A stretch of DNA of 62,970 bases from Candidatus Bathyarchaeia archaeon. GTDB taxonomy: Archaea; Thermoproteota; Bathyarchaeia; Bathyarchaeales; Bathycorpusculaceae. The translations under genes were made by a program, and so were the position numbers. The stretch is taken from contig JBEKHN010000014.1 in NCBI GenBank assembly GCA_050012255.1, positions 1-62,970 on the forward strand, read 5' to 3'. Shown here one piece after another: positions 1 through 11,130 of the stretch (its first letter is position 1; each line of letters opens with the position of its first letter). The notes below the pieces were generated by a model. The model was not told the DNA's origin. It saw nothing but the letters and a program-made list of their open reading frames with translations, and did not search any database.

Positions 1-23
1 GGGGCAAGTTTTTTGTTTTCAGC

Positions 24-485
24 ATGCACAACTTCAAGGTTGATGAGAAGTTTGATGTCATATTCTCTGCTAACGATGCCGTCAACTTTCTGAAAGACTT
101 TGCCCAGTGGAAATCAACGTTCAAGACGGTGAATGAACATCTTAACAGGGATGGGCTGTTCATCTTTGACGTGTATACTCCGAAAATGCTGAGAGATACG
201 CTTCATTGGTTGGAAAAGTACAACAGGTCTACTTCATCAGTCAGGGAATTTGCCAAAGGATTTTACTATGACAGGGAGATAGTGAAGGGCAACACGCTGA
301 CTTGGGATTCCAGAGTCTTTGAAAAACTATCAAATGGACTTTATCAGCTTCACAAGTACAGGTTTAAAGAAACAATATACCCGGTTGCAAAGATGAAATC
401 TGCTCTATCTGAGTGTTTCGAGATCGTTGAAGCCAATTTGAGAGAAGAAGGCAGGAAAATATTCTTTGTCTGCAGAAAAAATTGA
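24..485 (+). CDS. Class I SAM-dependent methyltransferase, C-terminal part (gene begins before the window)
   Basis: FDVIFS..DAVNF and HLNRDGLFIFDV motifs; the frame is open to the window edge. Confidence 0.75.
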   Translation: MHNFKVDEKFDVIFSANDAVNFLKDFAQWKSTFKTVNEHLNRDGLFIFDVYTPKMLRDTLHWLEKYNRSTSSVREFAKGFYYDREIVKGNTLTWDSRVFEKLSNGLYQLHKYRFKETIYPVAKMKSALSECFEIVEANLREEGRKIFFVCRKN

Positions 486-573
486 AAGTACGCGCATTGT
501 GCGAGAAAGTGATCAAGTTTTTAATAGGTACAAGAGAATCATTTGTCTATTAGTGGAATTGAGGTGTTAACTG

Positions 574-3051
574 GTGTCTTCAGCAGATGCGTCTAGAGAT
601 CACGGGGTCTTATTTGCCCGGGCTTATCTCGATTCCAAACTTGCAGAGTTGAAAGAAGATCAACAGACGTATCTTGTCGAGACCTTGAAGGAATGGCTTG
701 ACAAGATGGATAGTAGTTCTTTGAAAGCTCTTGTTACGTCATTTGTAGGGCCCGTCCTTGATGTTCTGGGTCACATCAGAAGTGAACTTGGAGAGAATTC
801 TCTTACTTTGTACAGTGACAGAAGTCGTCAGAATGCGGTGTCCTTATGTTATGTCGTGAGTCCTCACGAGAGTCTTGATCAGACATCAAAGGGCAGAAAC
901 TATGCCGTGTCCTTGATAATTGCGCTCAGGAAGATCGGCCTGAAGTGGGGAATACTGACGAATGGATTACTTTGGCGTTTGTACTGTGTTAGAGAGAAGG
1001 CTCCTTTCGAAACCTATTTTCAAGTTGATTTAGGCGAGGCTTTGCGAACCAGAGACTCCAAGGAGACCTTTTTGCTTGCAGAATTCTTTAGCGCCACAGC
1101 ATTCCCACCCAGTGAGACGGGCACATGTCGCCTTGATGCCAACAGGCATGAGTCTGATGAAGAAACCAAAGAGATCGAGAAGCATCTTGAGAGCAAGATA
1201 GAGAGCATACTCAGCAAGATTTGCATGGGTTTCATTGAGTCGGAAGGCAAAAAATCATACACCGAAGATGAAAAGAGAGTTGTCTTCAGCAATTCGATAT
1301 ATTTACTATATAGAATTCTTTTTGCACTTTATGCTGAAGCAAGAGGTCTTTTGCCGCTCCAAAATAGAGAGTATTACGAGAAGAGCATGGAAAAACTGAT
1401 GAGCATAGCTAAGGAGAATCATTCCAAGGGAGTCACGGATCCGCATTCAAGAGAAATGTGGAACAGTCTCTGCGAACTTTTTGACTGGATCAACAGAGGC
1501 AATCACGCTTTACTTATTCCTCCATATAATGGTGGATTGTTTGATGATGGCGAGAAGCCATACCTTGCAAATCATGTGATCCATGATGCACATTTGTCGG
1601 AAGCCTTGTTCAGTCTGGGATTCAGGGAGGAACATGGCAAAACTGCAAGAATAGACTATAATGACCTTTCAGTGAGACCTTTGGGGAGTTTATACGAAGG
1701 TATTCTAGAGTATCAGCTGTTTTTAGCACCTGAAAGGATGATTAGACGGAAAGAGGAAAACGCTTACAGATTTTTGCCTGAGACGTTGGCTGGCAAGGTT
1801 ACAAGAACGGATATAGTGATTGAAAAAGGCGATATCTACTTCTCGCAGTCCAGCGAAGAACGCAAGTTTACTGGTAGCTACTACACGCCAGAAGATGTTG
1901 TTCAGCACATCGTTGAGAACTCGTTGGGGCAGTATCTTGACGATCTCAGCATAGAATTGCGCGCTCTTATAGACACCCATGTGGAGGCACACGCAACCGC
2001 CATCGACGACAAAGAAAGGAAAAGAGTTGAAAAATACATTGATTCTGAGCTTCTGTCTTTCATTGAAAGCAGGGTATTGTCTATCAAAGTCCTGGATCCT
2101 GCCATGGGCAGTGGTCATTTTCTGGTCAATGCAGCATATTTTCTATCTGACTTCATTGTTGAATTACTGTATTCATCTGAATGGGAGAATGATTCAGTAG
2201 ATACGAGTCCCCTTTCATGGAGACGGCGAGTTGTTGAAAAATGCATTTTCGGTGTCGACTTGAATGATTTGGCTACTGAGCTAGCCAAACTCTCGCTTTG
2301 GTTGATCACTGCTGATAACAAGAAACCTCTCACTTTCTTGGATCATCACCTTAGAACAGGGAATTCCCTCATAGGAGTAAAATTGGATGACTTGGGGACT
2401 TTGCCCGATAAAGCCAAGATCATCGACGAAAAGAAGTTTCAGACTACCCTTTATTACCCAATTTTCAGAAAAGAATTTGTTCCCCGAGTCTTGAAGTTGG
2501 TGAACGAGATGAACTTCTCGACTGAAGAGATCGAAGATGTTGAGATGAAAAAGGGGAAGTTTCTCGAATGGGAGAAGTTGAAGAAAAATCTTCAAGTGGT
2601 TGCTGACACTTGGCTTTCCACTTTTTTTGGGCACCAGATCGAAGAAGAGTCATATCAGTTGCTTCTAAGAAATGCAGTTGAACTGAAGGAAGTATCGGCT
2701 GATAGCAAAGTTGAAGAAATTGTAGAGACGGAAAAGAATCGTTTCCTTCACTGGTGGTTAGAGTTCCCAGAAGTCTTTTTGAGCTCAAGCGAAAACAATG
2801 GCAGCTGTGGTTTTGATGTTGTGATTGGAAACCCGCCTTATGTGCGTTCAATTCTTCTTCGAGACGAACCGAAAACATGGGAATACTATCGTACACATTA
2901 TAAGACTGCATTCAAAGAATTTGATATTTACTTGTGCTTCTTGGAGAAAGCGCAGTCCTTGCTTGCCCCTTATGGTCGTCTTGGCTTTATCATGCCTAAT
3001 AAGTGGCTTCATGCCGGAATGGGTGAAGCTGCAAGAAGAAGGTATTTTTGA
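574..3051 (+). CDS. Eco57I/PglX-like type IIG restriction-modification enzyme (N6-adenine MTase), apparently 3'-truncated
   Basis: N-terminal ILTNG..W.LY motif, YNGGLF, LGSLYEGIL, GSYYTP, VLDPAMGSGHFL (motif I), FDVVIGNPPY (motif IV); ends just after GFIMPNKWL with no target-recognition domain. Confidence 0.85.
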   Translation: MSSADASRDHGVLFARAYLDSKLAELKEDQQTYLVETLKEWLDKMDSSSLKALVTSFVGPVLDVLGHIRSELGENSLTLYSDRSRQNAVSLCYVVSPHESLDQTSKGRNYAVSLIIALRKIGLKWGILTNGLLWRLYCVREKAPFETYFQVDLGEALRTRDSKETFLLAEFFSATAFPPSETGTCRLDANRHESDEETKEIEKHLESKIESILSKICMGFIESEGKKSYTEDEKRVVFSNSIYLLYRILFALYAEARGLLPLQNREYYEKSMEKLMSIAKENHSKGVTDPHSREMWNSLCELFDWINRGNHALLIPPYNGGLFDDGEKPYLANHVIHDAHLSEALFSLGFREEHGKTARIDYNDLSVRPLGSLYEGILEYQLFLAPERMIRRKEENAYRFLPETLAGKVTRTDIVIEKGDIYFSQSSEERKFTGSYYTPEDVVQHIVENSLGQYLDDLSIELRALIDTHVEAHATAIDDKERKRVEKYIDSELLSFIESRVLSIKVLDPAMGSGHFLVNAAYFLSDFIVELLYSSEWENDSVDTSPLSWRRRVVEKCIFGVDLNDLATELAKLSLWLITADNKKPLTFLDHHLRTGNSLIGVKLDDLGTLPDKAKIIDEKKFQTTLYYPIFRKEFVPRVLKLVNEMNFSTEEIEDVEMKKGKFLEWEKLKKNLQVVADTWLSTFFGHQIEEESYQLLLRNAVELKEVSADSKVEEIVETEKNRFLHWWLEFPEVFLSSSENNGSCGFDVVIGNPPYVRSILLRDEPKTWEYYRTHYKTAFKEFDIYLCFLEKAQSLLAPYGRLGFIMPNKWLHAGMGEAARRRYF

Positions 3052-3132
3052 CTCGAAACGTATTCTCAATTCAAGAAACGAGAGCAGAATAATCCATCTT
3101 AATCAGATAGCCTATATAAAGGAGACAAGCAT

Positions 3133-6100
3133 GTGACAAAGATTAAGGAATTTGTTGAAATCCATTCGGGATACGCTTCAGCAGTTGACGTGAGAACCGA
3201 ATTTATCGATCCAGAGAAGAATTTTGAAAGAATAACCCGATATGTTCCCATAAAGGCTCATCGTGACGCAATCGAAAGAATAATGATGGCACTCCGACCC
3301 AAGGACAAACGGTTCTATTTCCTGACAGGTAACTACGGAACAGGAAAATCCCACCTTTGTTTGATGATCGCCAACCTCTTCAGCAACAAGTCCAATAGCT
3401 CCGAGCTAGAAGGTTTTTTTGCCAACTACGCAAAAGTAGATGAATCAAAGGCTAAAGAACTGAAGGCCCTGCGAAAAGAAGGCAGATACCTGGTCGCGAT
3501 TTGCGACTTCGGAAACAAGGACGACTTTGAAGAGGTCGTTTTGCAAGCTATAGCCCGAGCGTGCGAAAGAGAGGAAGTCAGCTACTTCATGGACACCCAC
3601 TTCAATGAGGCACTGAGGAAAATCGATAACTGGCAAAAAGCCGACAAACAACAAAAACGTCTCCCGAAGCTTCCAGCATTCATACAAGAACTTCAAGAAA
3701 AACATCCTGAGTACACACTGAAGAAGCTGATGGAAGGTCTAAAAGACTATCGAGAAGAAGCAATGACAATATTCAAGGAGATCTACAAGAATGTTCTGGA
3801 TACTGAATTTACCTATGAAAGAAGTAACTTGGTTGAAATCCTTAAGGATTTGTTGTCTAGTCCGAAGTTCAAAGAGAAATATGCAGGGCTTCTCGTAATA
3901 TTCGACGAGTTTGGCTATACCCTGAAAGACAGGCGGATAAGCCTTCAGATAATTCAAAGCTTCGCTCAATTATGTGCCCAAGGATGGAAACAAGCCGGCA
4001 AATCAACTTGCCCGGTCGTCTTCCTAGCGACAGGTCATAGGCCTATCAAAGACTACTCCAGGCCTGAAGACAAAGCTGATTTTGACGTCGTAGCTGACCG
4101 CGTAGAGGAAATCGGGCTCACACCTGAGGGAATGGAGAAGATTATTGGAGCTATCGTAGTTCCAAACAGAAAATCCGAAATCTGGACTAAGGAGGTTGCA
4201 CCAAACAGCGACATATTCAACACTCTGATACCTGACTGTAAGAGAACAGGCATATTTGACAAGCTCGACGCTGCTACACTGCGTGAAGAAATACTTGAAA
4301 AGATCTACCCAATGCATCCCATGGCAACATATTGCCTGCTGAAGCTTGCAAGTGAGGTGGGCTCCAACAACCGAACCGTATTCACATTCTTCTCAGGAGA
4401 ATTCACAGCAGAAGACCAGTCCTACCCATTCTATGTAAACTACAATGAAGTCTTGGACAACCAAAACAATCTGAACCTCTACTCCACCGACTTGCTATTC
4501 ACCTATTTCAAAGACAACTTGACCTCAACCAACAAGGAACTGAAAGAATCCACGAGAAGAATCTTGATGGACTATGAAGCCACCGTTCGAGAACTGAACA
4601 AAGTTGCAAAAAGCATCGACATCGAAGGTGACAAGACTGCAGAACGCATATTGAAAGTCATGCTGATACACGAAATAATCGGCGTAAAAAACGATCTAGA
4701 GAACATCTCGTTTACGTTGTATCCTAAATCAGCAAAAGAACGAGCCCTGATCGACGTAACTATTGAGAAGTTGCACCAAGCAAAAGTCCTCTTCTACAAT
4801 GGAATCTCCGACGCTTACGAGTTCAAGAAAAGCGAAGCAGTGGACTTTGACACGGCAATTGAGGTCTACATAAAAGATACGACAAACTACCCACAAAACA
4901 TCGCACAAGCAGTTGACATTGCAATTCCATTCACAAAGGATGATCTCTATCTTGAAGCAAAGGGATACAACGCCTTATACAATGAAGACAAGCGGTTAAG
5001 AAGAAAGTTAGTGACGATCGCAGATTTGGAACAGAGTGAGAAAGTAGATGGAGTAAACGTCAACCTTTTCACTGCACTTCAACGTCAACTTGAGGCACCG
5101 ATGGACTGGAAAGATTCTTTCGAAGGTGTGGTCCTATGCGTGCTGTGCCAAACACTTGATGACATAAACAAAGCCAGAAAAAGCGCGGCTAAAAACACCT
5201 CAAATAGAGTACTCGTTGTTATTCCAAAAACGCCTACAGACTGGACCGATCTCCTACTCGATTTCAACGCTGTAAAGAGCATAGAGGACTCCGATGATTA
5301 CGAAGCATTTTCAACACAAGATAAATCACGTTTGAATGAACTCGTGGAAGCTGCACTTAAGCGCCTTACCCAAGCCAAGACAGAAGCCATGGAAGGCCGC
5401 AATTCGATCTGGTATGCCGACCAAGGAAAGATCTTGCTTGACAGGATAACGAACCTATCGGATGCCGCCGATAAATGCCTAGAAACCCTATTCGGAAAAA
5501 GGAATCGGCTTAAGCATATCGATCTCAACTTGTCTCACGCGGCAAAGTTCCAGCCTAACAAGAATATCGCGCTGAAAGATGCAGTAAACAGGATCTTGTC
5601 CCCCAAATGGGACATAGAAGTAGACTCCTCATACTCAAACGAAAAAGGAGAAATCAGATATCTGAAGAACACTTTGGCGTCGCAAGGTGTCCTGAGGCAA
5701 ACAGGAAAACCCGAAGGTTCAATATACCGATACCAGATTGAAGCAGACTCCTCGAAATTCTCCCAAATATTCCCAGCGCTCGCTGACATGATGAACCAGA
5801 TCAAGATCAAGGAAACGACAGGGATCAAGATAAAAGAAGCCGTCATAAAGAAATATGCAGGTCCCCCATACGGCTTAGGTCCAATATCTCTTTCAATATT
5901 CCTAAGCATAGTACTGAAGATGTATGGCGACAGTGTCAGACTCAAAAAAGAACAAACAGAAATTGGCGACATTGAAATAAAGGATTTTGATGTCATCTAT
6001 GATTTGATAGAGGGCAACTACCCGAACGCCGTGCTTGTCTACAGACAAATATCTCGACCCGAGAGAGATTTCCTGAATCAGCTTTTCGACTTGTTCAGCC

Positions 6101-7236
6101 TGGGAACGCCACAGAAAATAGGTGACAGATCAGTCTTTGAAACTTACAACAATCTCAAACTATGGTGGGATTTACTCCAGACTATTTCCAAGTCATCAAT
6201 ATACGACACCAAACTTCTCCCAACGATTCCCAAACTAATAGATGCGTTCAACAATATCTCAGAAATCGTTCCTCACGATTTTGTCTTCGGCAGAGTTCAA
6301 GTAATCTATGATTATGATTATGACGAATTGATAACTGAGCAAAAGGCAAAAGATATACTCGCAAAGCTGAAAACGGACAAAAAATGTATCGATGAAGCGT
6401 ACGATTGCCTCAAGAACGAGATCCAGAACGAAATAAAACAGATATTCTCGGTCGAGGGCAACACACTTGAAGACCTGCGACTTGGAATCCAAAAATGGTA
6501 CAATTCGCTTGATTATAATCAGCGAGACCTTGATGCCACATGGCATACAAACGAGAGCAAGACGCTAACAAAAAAACTTGGGCAGGTTCTTGACATATCT
6601 GACACATTATTCGTATCAATTCCGGAGGATCCTGGCTTCGGGCTCAAGGCTGTTAAGGACTGGACTAACGACAAATCGCAAGATTACATTCAGAAAATCA
6701 GGATAGGCAAGGGGCACATAGAAGAAAACAAAATCAAGGTAGATCCACCAATCTGGCAGGTTACCCCTTTTAACAAGTGCAAGTGTGAAGAGAGCAAGAA
6801 AGGCGCAAACATCAACTACAGGGTATCGGCAAAACTCATCGTAAAACCCCCAACAAAAGACACAGTGGTCTTCGCTACAAGCAATGGCGAAGATCCTTGG
6901 GACAGCAAATCTCAAAGAAGCGAAATAAAAACCGAAACAACCTTAGACGTTGATGGAGGCAACAAGAGATTCCGCTTGATTACAGGAGACAAGGAAGGCA
7001 ATTGGAGCAAGGAAACCGAAATCAACTTCATTGACCAAGAAAAGAAACATGAGATACGTGTAGAGAAAAGCTTCGGAAAAGAGCAGACAATTGTTCAGTT
7101 TGTCTTTCCGCTGGACGAGCAGAGTTTCAAAACAAGTATCCAGTCGCTAATCAATGAAAGCCTTGAACATAGCATCGTGGATAAGAAGACAGTCAAGAAA
7201 ACCCTAACGGAACTACTAAAAGAGACGGAAAAATGA
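3133..7236 (+). CDS. BrxC/DUF499-like large P-loop ATPase (1367 aa)
   Basis: Walker A GNYGTGKSH, Walker B LLVIFDEFG, YPMHP motif; directly upstream of pglZ. Confidence 0.8.
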   Translation: MTKIKEFVEIHSGYASAVDVRTEFIDPEKNFERITRYVPIKAHRDAIERIMMALRPKDKRFYFLTGNYGTGKSHLCLMIANLFSNKSNSSELEGFFANYAKVDESKAKELKALRKEGRYLVAICDFGNKDDFEEVVLQAIARACEREEVSYFMDTHFNEALRKIDNWQKADKQQKRLPKLPAFIQELQEKHPEYTLKKLMEGLKDYREEAMTIFKEIYKNVLDTEFTYERSNLVEILKDLLSSPKFKEKYAGLLVIFDEFGYTLKDRRISLQIIQSFAQLCAQGWKQAGKSTCPVVFLATGHRPIKDYSRPEDKADFDVVADRVEEIGLTPEGMEKIIGAIVVPNRKSEIWTKEVAPNSDIFNTLIPDCKRTGIFDKLDAATLREEILEKIYPMHPMATYCLLKLASEVGSNNRTVFTFFSGEFTAEDQSYPFYVNYNEVLDNQNNLNLYSTDLLFTYFKDNLTSTNKELKESTRRILMDYEATVRELNKVAKSIDIEGDKTAERILKVMLIHEIIGVKNDLENISFTLYPKSAKERALIDVTIEKLHQAKVLFYNGISDAYEFKKSEAVDFDTAIEVYIKDTTNYPQNIAQAVDIAIPFTKDDLYLEAKGYNALYNEDKRLRRKLVTIADLEQSEKVDGVNVNLFTALQRQLEAPMDWKDSFEGVVLCVLCQTLDDINKARKSAAKNTSNRVLVVIPKTPTDWTDLLLDFNAVKSIEDSDDYEAFSTQDKSRLNELVEAALKRLTQAKTEAMEGRNSIWYADQGKILLDRITNLSDAADKCLETLFGKRNRLKHIDLNLSHAAKFQPNKNIALKDAVNRILSPKWDIEVDSSYSNEKGEIRYLKNTLASQGVLRQTGKPEGSIYRYQIEADSSKFSQIFPALADMMNQIKIKETTGIKIKEAVIKKYAGPPYGLGPISLSIFLSIVLKMYGDSVRLKKEQTEIGDIEIKDFDVIYDLIEGNYPNAVLVYRQISRPERDFLNQLFDLFSLGTPQKIGDRSVFETYNNLKLWWDLLQTISKSSIYDTKLLPTIPKLIDAFNNISEIVPHDFVFGRVQVIYDYDYDELITEQKAKDILAKLKTDKKCIDEAYDCLKNEIQNEIKQIFSVEGNTLEDLRLGIQKWYNSLDYNQRDLDATWHTNESKTLTKKLGQVLDISDTLFVSIPEDPGFGLKAVKDWTNDKSQDYIQKIRIGKGHIEENKIKVDPPIWQVTPFNKCKCEESKKGANINYRVSAKLIVKPPTKDTVVFATSNGEDPWDSKSQRSEIKTETTLDVDGGNKRFRLITGDKEGNWSKETEINFIDQEKKHEIRVEKSFGKEQTIVQFVFPLDEQSFKTSIQSLINESLEHSIVDKKTVKKTLTELLKETEK

Positions 7237-9611
7237 GCAATGGAAAGGCATCCATTCACTACGATCCTCAGGGGATTGAGGATACTCAAGAGACGTCAAC
7301 CATGGTGGTATACAGCACTTCTGACTATGTCAGAGCATATAAGTTGGCAACAGAATCCCTGAAGGCCAAGAACGCTGTAAGAATCATAGTTAAAGACCAC
7401 ACCGCATATGCATGGCTAAGTAAGCTAAAGGAAAAATACTCTGAAACAAATCTGGAAGTCAAAGAAATAAGACCTAGCACTCTTCTAGCCGAGAAATGGG
7501 GATTCAATATCCCTCCAGATGTGACAGATCAAGAAGTAGTGGAGCTGAACCTACTCAATTTTGCCATGGAAAAGATCTCCTACTCGAGTTTCACTGACTT
7601 CGTTCTTTCAAAGTTTGTTTCCGCCATGATGTGCTCAGAAACCACACCTTTGGAGAATCTATCCAATCTCGTTGCAGCGATTTGCGCGGATGAAGTTCAA
7701 GCAAATTTACAGAGAGATTTGATCCAAAGGGAATTTGAAAGAAAACTCGAGAATTGGCTCAAGAATGCAAAAGACGAGTATGAAAAAGAAGTGATTGAAT
7801 ATCTCTTACAAGATCCTAAAGGACTGAAAAGGGCATTGAGCCTATACGCAGTTCTGGCGAACTACCCAAATGAAGTAGGAGAACGCGCCGCAGGCAAAGT
7901 CATCCACGCTGTCAAGAAACTCCGCCTAGTGCCTTCCAGCATTAAAGTCGACCGCGCAGATATAGAAACAACCATCAACAACATAGAAATATTCCTGAAC
8001 ACACAATTCAAGAATGGGCTTTCCCAATCCGACGCGCTGAAAATCGTTGAATGGGCCAGCGGTCTCGTTCCCGAAGAGTTCAGGGTACTAGCAAGGACCT
8101 TCGAACAATGGCCTAACGCCCTACGGGATGAGACTCTAAAGTCTCTAGAAAAGAAATTCTCTGACGTGTTGCCTTTGGTCCAGCCTGAATTGCGAAAACT
8201 TGCTCTGCTGCTTCGCCCTAATGTCCCAAGCGCTCCGGAATCTTCATGGGATGCGGCAAAAATGATTGAATGGGCCACGCAGCAATACTTACCTTATCAC
8301 TTCTGGCTCGAAGAAACAAACAATGAAGACAACAATCTTTCCAATCAATCCGAGTCATTTGGGGATTGGCTCTACTCCAACTTCGTCAACATCAGAAGCA
8401 ACTTCCCAAACATAGTCTATAAGATCCTCCCAACAATCATCGGCATACACACAACCGACAAGTGTCTCCTGATCCTGGTAATCGACAACTTCAACTTCAA
8501 GTTCGCAGATGTCCTAACAAGTCTGTTACAAAACCATGGATTCAGACTTGTTCAAAAAACCCCCTACTTCTCCATGATCCCATCTGATACAGAAACATCG
8601 AAACGTTGTCTAATTGCTGGGCAGCCAAAAGCATCTGAAATACTTCTCGACTATGATTCTCTTATCTCAAACGAATGGCAACAGTGCTTTCCTGACAGAC
8701 GTTTCCGCTACCTCAGAAGCACGGTGGAATTGGAAGATGCAAAAGCGTCGATCGGGGACGTGTTGTTTGTAAATTGTATCCAAATTGACGATGTCCTTCA
8801 CCAAGATGAAAGAAAACTTGGAAAGAGGCACTCCGTAGCAGTCGAGGCGGAGCTGCAGAATCTGGCAAATCTTGCAACGGGCTTTTTCAATCAGAACGGC
8901 CTTACAAACAGCGCCATGATCGTCATATGCTCAGATCACGGATCCACGATGATTCCGACAAGCGTACATAATGAAATAGATCCAGCCTTCTTTGTTGGAA
9001 AATCACTCGATGCTCATCACAGATTTCTCACGGTTTCCCAAGAAGAATACAACAAACTCCCCGCAAACATAAAATTCCAGTGTTATTATCTCGATGCAGC
9101 ATCGTTTGGCCTGCCGGAAAATGTTTTGATTGCCAAAGGATATTATCGTTTCAAGAAGACCACTGAACATTTCTTCGTACATGGAGGATTGTCTCCTGAA
9201 GAAACCATAGTTCCATTTATTGTCCTCGAGGGTGGCAAAATCGCATTCAGGAGACCAACTCTTAGACTTCTGAGGAATGAATTCCGATATTTGACAAAGA
9301 CCAGCGTTGAAATTGAAATAGTGAATGAAAACTCAGTTTCTATTGAAGACGTAAGAACCTCAATAGTCCAGGAAGAGAGAAAGGACATAGAAATAGCCGA
9401 ACCAGCTCCAGTGATAGAAAAGATTGATCCTGCAAGTTTGTCCAGGTCAACGATCATTTGCAGATTCTACAAGAGTTTTGACGCAAGCAAGGGCTTGGAA
9501 ATTGCTGTCGAGTTTAAGTTCCTTGGCAAATCATATACTGAAACAAAGGGTTTCGCGGTGCAAATGAAGTCCTTGATGGAAACATCCTTCAAACTTGGGG
9601 AATTACCTTGA
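7233..9611 (+). CDS. pglZ: PglZ-domain alkaline-phosphatase-superfamily protein
   Basis: LILVIDNF, SDTETSK, IDDVLH, SDHG, HGGLSPEETIVPF; ATGA overlap with the ATPase stop. Confidence 0.88.
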   Translation: MSNGKASIHYDPQGIEDTQETSTMVVYSTSDYVRAYKLATESLKAKNAVRIIVKDHTAYAWLSKLKEKYSETNLEVKEIRPSTLLAEKWGFNIPPDVTDQEVVELNLLNFAMEKISYSSFTDFVLSKFVSAMMCSETTPLENLSNLVAAICADEVQANLQRDLIQREFERKLENWLKNAKDEYEKEVIEYLLQDPKGLKRALSLYAVLANYPNEVGERAAGKVIHAVKKLRLVPSSIKVDRADIETTINNIEIFLNTQFKNGLSQSDALKIVEWASGLVPEEFRVLARTFEQWPNALRDETLKSLEKKFSDVLPLVQPELRKLALLLRPNVPSAPESSWDAAKMIEWATQQYLPYHFWLEETNNEDNNLSNQSESFGDWLYSNFVNIRSNFPNIVYKILPTIIGIHTTDKCLLILVIDNFNFKFADVLTSLLQNHGFRLVQKTPYFSMIPSDTETSKRCLIAGQPKASEILLDYDSLISNEWQQCFPDRRFRYLRSTVELEDAKASIGDVLFVNCIQIDDVLHQDERKLGKRHSVAVEAELQNLANLATGFFNQNGLTNSAMIVICSDHGSTMIPTSVHNEIDPAFFVGKSLDAHHRFLTVSQEEYNKLPANIKFQCYYLDAASFGLPENVLIAKGYYRFKKTTEHFFVHGGLSPEETIVPFIVLEGGKIAFRRPTLRLLRNEFRYLTKTSVEIEIVNENSVSIEDVRTSIVQEERKDIEIAEPAPVIEKIDPASLSRSTIICRFYKSFDASKGLEIAVEFKFLGKSYTETKGFAVQMKSLMETSFKLGELP

Positions 9612-9621
9612 GGTGATTAGA

Positions 9622-11037
9622 ATGGAAGCATTTGAGCAGAAAGCATTAGACTATTATGGCGAGGTCATCATCGACAAGAATCTCATACACCAAGCCGGAT
9701 TTGGTGCAAGGTCTATCCCTACTTACGTCGGTGAATGGATTCTCTCAAATTTCGCCGAGAAAGGAACTTTAACTGAGAAGACTCGACAACAGATCGCCGA
9801 TTTCCTCGCAAAATATCTTCCTAGCAAAGGACAAAAGGAAGAAATCAAGAACAAACTCATCAACATGGAAACCGTTCATCTTCTAGACGACTATAGCGTT
9901 GAAGTCAACCTGAAAATAGGCCAAAGGCGCCTAAGGATTCCTCTATTGGACATGAATGATGCGTTTATCGTAGACTCAATTGTAGAAGGGAACGAACTAA
10001 TGCTGACAAGCGGAGTATGGGGAATTGGAGAGTTGCAATACGTTCCCCCCTCGATTTATGGAGAGAAAGGACAAGTTTGGATGCGGTCGTTCAAACCGTT
10101 CCAAATCCACAGCATAGATGTGAACTACTTTGCCGAGTGCAGGCACTATTTTGACACGCATGAATGGATAGATCTCATGGTCTCAAGCATAGGTTTCAAT
10201 CCATTAGCACTGACTGAAAGACAGAAAATCGTCCTTCTGACAAGAATCATCCCTCTTATTGAACCCAGAGTCAACATGGTAGAGTTGGCACCTAAAGGAA
10301 CAGGAAAATCGTTTGTCTACGACAATCTGTCCAGATACGCAAGGGTCATAGGGGGAGGAAAAGTGAGCCCAGCCGTCTTGTTTCACAACGTAGCAACCGG
10401 AACCCCTGGCATCGTCACAAGATACGACGCAATAGTACTTGATGAAGTACAAAGCATAAGAGGAGACAGCGCAGGCGAGGTGATTGCACAGTTGAGAGTC
10501 TACCTAGAATCTGGCAGATTCAGCCGTGGCAAGACAATGGGAACGTCGGAATGTGGCTTCGTGATGATGGGCAACATCAGCCTAGACGAAAATAGAAAGC
10601 CAATACATGCTGATGACGGCCTGTTCAACGAAATCCCCAACTTCTTGAGAGAGACTGCCTTCATTGACCGGATACATGGACTGATATCCGGATGGGATCT
10701 ACCCAGAGTAACAAAGGACACACCGTCAAGATACTTAGGCTTCAAAGGGGACTTTTTCTCAGAGATACTGCATTCACTAAGAAAGGATGTACGGTTCGCC
10801 GACTACGTTTCCATAAACATGCAACTGGAAAACTGCCAAGATCTGAGAGATAGAAAGGCAATAACACGCTTAGCAACAGGTTTCATGAAACTACTATTCC
10901 CAAGCCTAGAGCCCACACACGAGGATTTCGTCAACTACTGCGTGAAACCTGCCGTCGAGCTCAGGCAACGAGTTAGAGACGAACTCCATAAGATGGATCC
11001 TGAATATCCACAAGTGGCAATAGGAGTTGCCACATAA
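9622..11037 (+). CDS. brxL: BrxL-like MCM-type AAA+ ATPase without the C-terminal Lon protease domain
   Basis: IPTYVGEWIL, MVELAPKGTGKS, VLDEVQ, YLESGRFSRG, AFIDRIHG, RDRKAI, AVELRQRV; GAGGTGA SD-like site before the ATG. Confidence 0.88.
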   Translation: MEAFEQKALDYYGEVIIDKNLIHQAGFGARSIPTYVGEWILSNFAEKGTLTEKTRQQIADFLAKYLPSKGQKEEIKNKLINMETVHLLDDYSVEVNLKIGQRRLRIPLLDMNDAFIVDSIVEGNELMLTSGVWGIGELQYVPPSIYGEKGQVWMRSFKPFQIHSIDVNYFAECRHYFDTHEWIDLMVSSIGFNPLALTERQKIVLLTRIIPLIEPRVNMVELAPKGTGKSFVYDNLSRYARVIGGGKVSPAVLFHNVATGTPGIVTRYDAIVLDEVQSIRGDSAGEVIAQLRVYLESGRFSRGKTMGTSECGFVMMGNISLDENRKPIHADDGLFNEIPNFLRETAFIDRIHGLISGWDLPRVTKDTPSRYLGFKGDFFSEILHSLRKDVRFADYVSINMQLENCQDLRDRKAITRLATGFMKLLFPSLEPTHEDFVNYCVKPAVELRQRVRDELHKMDPEYPQVAIGVAT

Positions 11038-11130
11038 GCTTCTATTCCACCCGAGACTGAAAGACCCATTCAGCCCTTCTTGCATAAGTCTATTAGGAAC
11101 TGAATTCAGGATATATTCGTCGGGATCGGA

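Noticed and set aside
2825-3136. 103-aa ORF as an independent gene
   Set aside because: Mostly an alternate frame of the MTase; only the last ~35 codons may be a real remnant
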